Shown piece by piece: positions 35,694 through 41,289 of a DNA stretch of 41,289 bases (the stretch's first letter is position 1; every line of letters begins with the position of its first letter). The DNA is taken from IMG/VR virus record IMGVR_UViG_3300037851_000713, positions 1 through 41,289 of that record; one strand, written 5' to 3'. The position numbers were made by a program, and so were the translations under genes. This DNA comes from a virus. Lineage: Duplodnaviria > Caudoviricetes. The notes beneath the pieces are model-generated. The model did no database searches. It was not told the DNA's origin and was given only the letters and a program-made list of their open reading frames with translations.

Positions 35694-35778
35694 TCGCGCG
35701 TCCTAGATAGTCGCGCGTAGACCGGCAGAGGCAGGAGACGCGGCGCGCGGCCGGAATTGACTGGCGCGCGGGTCATGG

Positions 35779-36099
35779 ATGGGTCAGATGATTGAGTCTT
35801 GCGACAAAGGGCATTCGTTTCTCGCCAGCGCGCAACGGCGATGCACGTGGTGCGAAATGTTGCGACTGCGCTCAGAGCTTGCCGACGCGATGGCGGCTAT
35901 CGACAGGCTGCACGATCAGCGCAGGGAACTTGAGGCAGAGCGGGATGCGCTGCGCGAGGATGCGGAGCGGTATCGGTGGCTCGTACACGACCATGATGAC
36001 GCGACAATTAGGGTCAAGTGCCGAGCCATTCTTGAAAGGCTGCCCTCCATGTCCTACAGTGCAGCAAGCACAGCAATCGACGCAGCGAGGAAAGCATGA
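35779..36099 (+). CDS. Hypothetical coiled-coil protein, 106 aa
   Basis: ERDALREDAERYRWL motif common in phage accessory proteins; lower GC. Confidence 0.55.
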   Translation: MGQMIESCDKGHSFLASAQRRCTWCEMLRLRSELADAMAAIDRLHDQRRELEAERDALREDAERYRWLVHDHDDATIRVKCRAILERLPSMSYSAASTAIDAARKA

Positions 36100-36127
36100 C
36101 ACCTGACTGGATGCCGCCGCTCTCGCT

Positions 36128-37360
36128 TTACTTTCGATCCGCCGCAATCGCCCGCAGTGCGTCGCCGCTCGCCTTGCTGCCGGCGCTGCTGCCGAACCGG
36201 TACAGGTAGATGCCGACGGAAAAGCCGACGACAGTGCTGCACGTCGTGATGAACAGCGCCACCAGTTCGCCCATCGGGCGGTGGTCTGGCAGGTAGAGCG
36301 TCTGAAGGACCAGCATGGCCACGATGGCGGCGAACACGGTCGAGACGCCGGCTAGCGCCCCGTAGATCAGCACCGGCGTCGCCGCGTTGATCGAGTCATC
36401 GCCCTTGGCGCGCTCGGCCGCGCGGTCGGCGCTGGCGTCGTCGATCTCGACCAGACGCGCGACGCCACCGATGATCCGGTCCATGTCATCCGCGACCGCG
36501 GCGCGGAATGCCTCGCGCGTCGCAACGTCTGACTGCACCTTGGCGACTGCCTGCTCGGCCGTCGGCTGCCCGGTGACCGCCTTGGCAAGCTCGACCAGTG
36601 CCGGCGCCGCTTGGCTGATGATGTCGGCGTTCCGCGTGGCCGTCTTGCTGCCGTGCCGGCGGAACAGGTCGGACACGACCGGATAGAGCATCTGGCCGGC
36701 GGCGAGGATCAGCGGCGCGATGGCTGGCATGGCGGGCTCCGAGGATGATGGGGCAGCCGGCGCGGGCGCTGGCGGTGGAGGGATGGGCGCCTGCGGCGTT
36801 GCCCCGGCCGGCTGCGGAAAGTCGTCTGCGGTGCGCTCGTCCGGCGATCGCAGGTCGACGGCCGGGTATTCGTCGTCGTCGGCCGTCTCGGCGTTGCTGA
36901 TCGCCGGCCCTTCAACCAGGAAACCGCCGGCCGCCTGGAAGATGCGGATGCACTCGTCCATCGGCTTCGTCGGCTGCCCGTAGGGCGAGCCCGGCAGGCT
37001 GGCCCATTCGCGGTTGCAGGCGAAGATGGCGTCCTCGATGGCGCCGGCTTCGACGAACGGCAGTGCGCCGCGGCGCGCGATCAGCCAGATGGCGGCCTCG
37101 TCCTGCGATGCCGGCGAGAAGTCCGGCAGGTCGAGCGCGTCGCGCGCCTCGTCCCACGTCTTTTGAAGGATTTGGTACGCGCCGGCGGCGCTGCTAGTCC
37201 ACGCATTGCCATTGCGGAACGTGCCGCTCTTGATGATCCGCGGATGGTCCTTGAACGACGCGAACTCTCCGCCGCCGACAAGCCGCCGGTAGCCGTCGGC
37301 GTCCGCCGTGCCCTCGCACGACCGCAGCAGCATCAAGAACGCGCGCAGGTTGGCGCTCAT
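36128..37360 (-). CDS. Endolysin (lambda R-like lysozyme/transglycosylase) fused to a C-terminal two-TM holin-like domain, 410 aa
   Basis: NLRAFLMLLRSCEGT, SSAAGAYQIL, DFSPASQD, EWASLPGSPYGQ; then a Pro-rich linker; then two TM helices ending YRFGSSAGS. Confidence 0.88.
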   Translation of the reverse strand: MSANLRAFLMLLRSCEGTADADGYRRLVGGGEFASFKDHPRIIKSGTFRNGNAWTSSAAGAYQILQKTWDEARDALDLPDFSPASQDEAAIWLIARRGALPFVEAGAIEDAIFACNREWASLPGSPYGQPTKPMDECIRIFQAAGGFLVEGPAISNAETADDDEYPAVDLRSPDERTADDFPQPAGATPQAPIPPPPAPAPAAPSSSEPAMPAIAPLILAAGQMLYPVVSDLFRRHGSKTATRNADIISQAAPALVELAKAVTGQPTAEQAVAKVQSDVATREAFRAAVADDMDRIIGGVARLVEIDDASADRAAERAKGDDSINAATPVLIYGALAGVSTVFAAIVAMLVLQTLYLPDHRPMGELVALFITTCSTVVGFSVGIYLYRFGSSAGSKASGDALRAIAADRK

Positions 37361-37581
37361 GCCTTCACCTCATCGAAGCTCGCCTCGGCCTCGGCCTCGA
37401 CGCACTCGACCACGCCGACGATCTTGATGCTGGCGAACATCGGCTGATGCTCGCCCACCTGGAACAGCTCGAGCGACGTGATGTGCCTGATTTGCTCTCC
37501 GGTGGCCGCGTCCGTCACGAGCGTGCGGCCGTTGCGGTGGATGACGCGGATCTTGCGCAGGTGGTCGAGCGGAGTGGTCAT
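37357..37581 (-). CDS. Hypothetical protein, 74 aa
   Basis: ATGA coupling at both ends. Confidence 0.6.
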   Translation of the reverse strand: MTTPLDHLRKIRVIHRNGRTLVTDAATGEQIRHITSLELFQVGEHQPMFASIKIVGVVECVEAEAEASFDEVKA

Positions 37582-37811
37582 GGGCGGCTTCCTTTGACGA
37601 GCACGTCGATCCGCGCCCGCAGCCGCGCGTTCTCCATGCGCTCTTCGTGCGCCTCTTTCTGCGCCTCGATCATCTTCCAGCGCACCGTGGCCAGCTCCGC
37701 CTGCAGCTTGCCGATCTTCGAGTGCAGCGCGGCGGAGGTCTCCACGCGCGGCGCCTGTGGCTCCACGCGCAGGGTGGCCGCGGGATCCTTGGCCATGCGG
37801 TAGACGGTCAC
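37578..37811 (-). CDS. Hypothetical coiled-coil protein, 77 aa
   Basis: GTGA coupling with GGAGG RBS. Confidence 0.5.
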   Translation of the reverse strand: MTVYRMAKDPAATLRVEPQAPRVETSAALHSKIGKLQAELATVRWKMIEAQKEAHEERMENARLRARIDVLVKGSRP

Positions 37812-38161
37812 GGCTCGAACCTCCTGCGCATGGCTTCGTGCACCCGGTCTTCGCGGTAGCAGCGCTTGCTGGCGTCCTGGATGCAGTAGACGCGAAACCG
37901 CTCGGTGCTCAACTGCAGGTACGAGCTGCGCAAGGAGCCCGCGGCGATCATCAGCAGGAACAGCTCCGCCGCCGGGTTGACGGGGACGTTGCCGTCCATC
38001 ACCAGCCCGTAGGCAAAGCGGCCGGTCAGCCCCAGCCAGCCCAGCACTTCGAGCCAGCGCGACAGCGCGTGCCCAAGGAAAGCGATGTTCACGCACTTGA
38101 AGAAGCCGACCGAGAAGAACACCAGCATGGTGATGATGTCGGCGTACCACGGGGCGTCCAT
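37808..38161 (-). CDS. Three-TM membrane protein (holin-like), 117 aa
   Basis: Three hydrophobic segments, located in the lysis region. Confidence 0.55.
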   Translation of the reverse strand: MDAPWYADIITMLVFFSVGFFKCVNIAFLGHALSRWLEVLGWLGLTGRFAYGLVMDGNVPVNPAAELFLLMIAAGSLRSSYLQLSTERFRVYCIQDASKRCYREDRVHEAMRRRFEP

Positions 38162-38163
38162 GC

Positions 38164-38445
38164 TCACTGCCCCTTGAGCATCGTGAAAACCAGCTTCAGG
38201 ATCTCGCCGATCAGCGAAAACGCCGCGGCGATGATCGCGGCCAGCACCGTGAGCGCGGCGCCATGAACGATTTTCTCGCGCCGGTCGAGCGCCTGCTTCT
38301 GCGAGCGCGAGGTCTCGGCCATCTGGCTGAAGGTGATGCGGTGCCGCTCCTCGATGATCTCGATGACCCGGTCGGCCATGGCGTGGGCGCGCAGCCGGTC
38401 GGCCGGCGAGAGCGTGTCGATCTCTTCGGAGCGAGGCGGGGTCAT
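38164..38445 (-). CDS. Single-TM protein (holin/antiholin-like), 93 aa
   Basis: Coiled coil followed by one TM helix (AALTVLAAIIAAAFSLIG). Confidence 0.55.
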   Translation of the reverse strand: MTPPRSEEIDTLSPADRLRAHAMADRVIEIIEERHRITFSQMAETSRSQKQALDRREKIVHGAALTVLAAIIAAAFSLIGEILKLVFTMLKGQ

Positions 38446-38873
38446 GGCAGCGGCCAGGCCGGGGTAACGGCATTCACCTGCGCGATGGTCGTGGCCGCGT
38501 TGACGGCGGCGGCGGCGTTGGCGCCGGCGGTCCACATGTCGCCGAGCCACGCCATGTCGGCCGTCGGCGCGCGGGCCGATGGCGCGATGGACAGCACGAT
38601 CTCGCGCAGCAACTGCAGCAGCTCGAACGTGCGCACGGCCGGCACGCGCTGCTGCACCCGCGCCAGCCCGTCGGCGAGGATCTCGGCGGTGCGCCGCACT
38701 TTGGCTTCGGCCAGCGTCTCGGCCGGCGGCACGGGCGGAACGTAGGGGTCGGGCACGTTGCCGGCGGCCAGCCATGCCGTGTAGGTTTGCCAAAGCTCTC
38801 CGCTGGCCGGCACGATGCGCTGGCCGGTGTCGGTCTTAAGCACGCCGATGCGCAGCAACTGGTACAGCGCCAT
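38442..38873 (-). CDS. Tail fibre assembly/chaperone-like protein (DUF4376-like), 143 aa
   Basis: WQTYTAWLAAGNVPDP...AVNAATTIAQVNAVTPAWP. Confidence 0.65.
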   Translation of the reverse strand: MALYQLLRIGVLKTDTGQRIVPASGELWQTYTAWLAAGNVPDPYVPPVPPAETLAEAKVRRTAEILADGLARVQQRVPAVRTFELLQLLREIVLSIAPSARAPTADMAWLGDMWTAGANAAAAVNAATTIAQVNAVTPAWPLP

Positions 38874-39730
38874 CAGAGCTTTCCGACGCTGCCCTTGATG
38901 CGCAAGTCGCCACTGCCGAGGTCGATCTCGAACACCGGCACGCCCAGCATCAGCACCTGCACCTTGCCGTCAAGGCAGCGCAGCCTGGCGGACTCCGTGC
39001 CTTCAAGCGCGATGCACTGCCCGTTGCCGAGCCGCAGCGCGGTGCCGGACTCGAACGTCGCCTGCGAAGTGTCGACGCCGACGATGTGCCGGTCGATCAC
39101 TTCGATGGCGCGGTGGGCCTGCGAAGGGCCACCAGGAACCGTGCCGCGCAGTTGCAGGCCAGCGTAGCGGTAGTCGCGCAGCATCAGCGCGTCGTTCCAG
39201 CGGCGGTCCTTCGACTCGTCGCCGGTCACCTTGATGCCGTGCGCGGCCTCGGTTGGTCCGGGCGCCGCGGTTCCCGGCCAGGCCGGGTTGAGCGCCACGT
39301 GAACGCCAACGCGCCGCGAACCGGGGTCGGCGCCGTTGGGCGCGACGCTGATCTCGGCGCCGATCATGAACGGATAGTGCTGCCCCTGAGACATATCGCG
39401 CACGTCGGCGCACAGGCCCCAGGTGGCGCCGCCGGCGTAGGTGTTGGCCTGCGAGTACATGCCGCAGTTCTCGCCGTCGGCCGCGCGGTTGTTCAGCACG
39501 TGCACCGCGTTCCACTCGTGCCCGCGGCTGCCGGCGGCCACGTCGGTCTGCGTCCACGTGCAGGCGTAGACGTGCCCCGGCGTGCCGCCGCTGGCGCTGC
39601 GGCTGAAACGGTGCGTGGCCACGTCATCGTCGGCCGGCGCCAGTTGCGGACGCTGTTCGGGATGCTGCGCGTAGAACTCGTCCATGCTTTGCGTGCCGAC
39701 GGGAACTCCGCCAATGACAATGCCGCTCAT
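38873..39730 (-). CDS. Putative tail fibre/spike receptor-binding protein, 285 aa
   Basis: Gly-rich beta-repeat character; sits before the chaperone gene; GAGGAG RBS. Confidence 0.5.
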   Translation of the reverse strand: MSGIVIGGVPVGTQSMDEFYAQHPEQRPQLAPADDDVATHRFSRSASGGTPGHVYACTWTQTDVAAGSRGHEWNAVHVLNNRAADGENCGMYSQANTYAGGATWGLCADVRDMSQGQHYPFMIGAEISVAPNGADPGSRRVGVHVALNPAWPGTAAPGPTEAAHGIKVTGDESKDRRWNDALMLRDYRYAGLQLRGTVPGGPSQAHRAIEVIDRHIVGVDTSQATFESGTALRLGNGQCIALEGTESARLRCLDGKVQVLMLGVPVFEIDLGSGDLRIKGSVGKL

Positions 39731-39741
39731 AAGCTGTCTCC

Positions 39742-40185
39742 TCAGTTGAACTCGACGAGCAGGTACTGAACCGTCGTCGTCGGCGGCCCGGAGCCGTCGG
39801 AGATGGTCACGTTCACGGTGACCGTCGTGCTGTTGGTCAGCGTGATGCGGTAGCTGCACGCCGCATTGGCCGACGCCGTGCCGCCTACGGTCATCCCCAA
39901 CGGGATCAGGACCGCCTTGGCCGTGTCGACCGCCGTGAACGTGTCGGTCGCCGACTGCCGGTTGTAGTTGTAGGTAGAGATGGTGATCGTGCCGTAGCGG
40001 ATCGTCTTGATCGACCCCAGCCGCCCGGCCACCGAGGCATCCAGGTACGAGTTGAGCCGGTCCAGGTAGCCGGCGCGCGTGGTCGTGTACTGAGCCAAAT
40101 TGTCCAGGTAGCCGGCACGCGTGCTGGTCAGCCGGTCGATCAGCGTCTTGAGCTTGCCCGGTACGCCGAAAAGGAATGCGCTCAT
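39742..40185 (-). CDS. Tail fibre-associated protein, 147 aa
   Basis: Duplicated TxTRAGYLDxL motif and a Thr-rich beta C-terminus. Confidence 0.6.
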   Translation of the reverse strand: MSAFLFGVPGKLKTLIDRLTSTRAGYLDNLAQYTTTRAGYLDRLNSYLDASVAGRLGSIKTIRYGTITISTYNYNRQSATDTFTAVDTAKAVLIPLGMTVGGTASANAACSYRITLTNSTTVTVNVTISDGSGPPTTTVQYLLVEFN

Positions 40186-40559
40186 GAAGTCCCCCAGGTG
40201 ATGCCGCTGACGTTGCCGCTGCCGTCGTAGGTGATGTTCTGGTACGCCTCCCCGGCGGCGTCGGCCATGTTGTCGTAGCTGGATCCGCTGTTGCTGCTGT
40301 ACTCGTAGCGCACCTTCGTCACGTTGCCGCTCGCCCAGGTGAGCGTCAGACGGATGCGCTCCGTGCTTCGGCTGTAGAGAATGGTGGTCGGCTCCTCGGC
40401 GGTGCCGCCGCTGGGCGTCATGTCCCAGCCCTGCACGGCGCCCAGTGCAGCCACGCAATCGCGCAGCGCGGTCAGGTTGGCGCGCGTGCTGGTGCCGAAG
40501 GCGGTGCCCGCCTGCGTGCTCGGGTCCGGCTTGGTGCCGTCGAATGCGGTGTAAGCCAT
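40182..40559 (-). CDS. Tail-associated hypothetical protein, 125 aa
   Basis: Follows the tail tip gene; beta-rich. Confidence 0.6.
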   Translation of the reverse strand: MAYTAFDGTKPDPSTQAGTAFGTSTRANLTALRDCVAALGAVQGWDMTPSGGTAEEPTTILYSRSTERIRLTLTWASGNVTKVRYEYSSNSGSSYDNMADAAGEAYQNITYDGSGNVSGITWGTS

Positions 40560-40562
40560 GCG

Positions 40563-41289
40563 TCAGATCCCCTCGAATGCCCAGGCCACGTCTCCCGCCA
40601 CGCGGGTGCCGGCATCGTTGAACAGATAGATGTCGAAGCTCGACGGGTCGCCGAACGTGATGTTGTCCGCCACCGCGATGCGGGCGGCGGTCACCTCGAT
40701 GGGCGTGAGCACGATGCGCCGGCGCGCGCTGTAGACGTTTTCCAGCGTCACGGTGTCGGTGCCGGTGGCGGCGCAGGTGCGGGTGCCGAACTCCTTGCGG
40801 GTGACGGCCGCCACCGCCACGGTCACGCTTTCCACGAGCAGCGTCTCGGTCGTGGTGGCCTCGAGCTTCACCCGCACGTAGCGCGCGGTCTGCTTGGTGG
40901 GCAGGCTGGTGTAGTCGGTGAAGGTGGGGTAGGCCGCCGCGGTGGCGAGCTGCAGCGTCAGGCCCACGGTGCCGCTGAGCATGCTGTAGACGGCATCCAC
41001 GGACCAATCGCCCGTGGTGTCCTGGCCGAAGTCGTACACCTCCGACAGCCAGCTCGAGGTGGCGCTCGTGTGGTAGTCGGCCAGCAGGTTGGCGTAGGTG
41101 CCCAGGGCGGCGGTAAACAGCGCGCCGAACTTGTCGCCGGCGTTGTCCGGGTCGGTGACCCACAACGTGGCGCCGCCGCGCTCACGCTGAAAGGCGGTCA
41201 TCTCGGTGAGCGTGGGGCTGGTGAAAGCGGCGCCGGTGGCCAGCGCGTCGGGGTCGAGCGTGACGGTCAGCGTCAGCGTGGCCGGCGTG
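40563..41289 (-). CDS. Tail tip protein, 3' part (continuation of 1-2115)
   Basis: In frame with the 2115 GTG across the circular junction. Confidence 0.8.
   Translation of the reverse strand, partial: TPATLTLTVTLDPDALATGAAFTSPTLTEMTAFQRERGGATLWVTDPDNAGDKFGALFTAALGTYANLLADYHTSATSSWLSEVYDFGQDTTGDWSVDAVYSMLSGTVGLTLQLATAAAYPTFTDYTSLPTKQTARYVRVKLEATTTETLLVESVTVAVAAVTRKEFGTRTCAATGTDTVTLENVYSARRRIVLTPIEVTAARIAVADNITFGDPSSFDIYLFNDAGTRVAGDVAWAFEGI

Noticed and set aside
38873-41289. Diversity-generating retroelement or invertible tail-fibre switch
   Set aside because: I found no reverse transcriptase, invertase or TR/VR repeat pair.

Overview
The window is a complete, circularly assembled temperate siphovirus-type phage genome of about 41,105 bp. 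Bases 1-184 repeat at 41106-41289 with one mismatch. GC is high (about 70% by eye), and a proteobacterial host is likely but inferred. The minus strand carries the late genes: Q-like activator, gpZ-like protein, putative cos, GpA-type terminase, a ~6 kb insert of fibre-like genes plus a metalloprotease, lambda-type portal, protease-capsid fusion, tail genes with a G/GT frameshift and an embedded initiator-like tRNA(CAU), tail tip and fibre, and a lysis cassette. It also carries the cro/cII/primase-VapE replication arm. The plus strand carries cI, the pL early operon ending in xis/int, and a small acr-aca-like island. An intact attP (3' half of tRNA-Ser-UGA) follows int. The standout is in the pL operon: three non-coding (NN-GGC)n pentamer tracts, each closed by a structured hairpin tail (31596-32033). 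They sit directly upstream of a stand-alone Cas7/RAMP-like gene (32057-32650) and a coupled partner gene (32647-33159). This is a candidate phage-encoded RNA-guided system whose guide information lies in variable dinucleotides, not CRISPR spacers. All protein calls come from motif recognition by eye; no database search was run.
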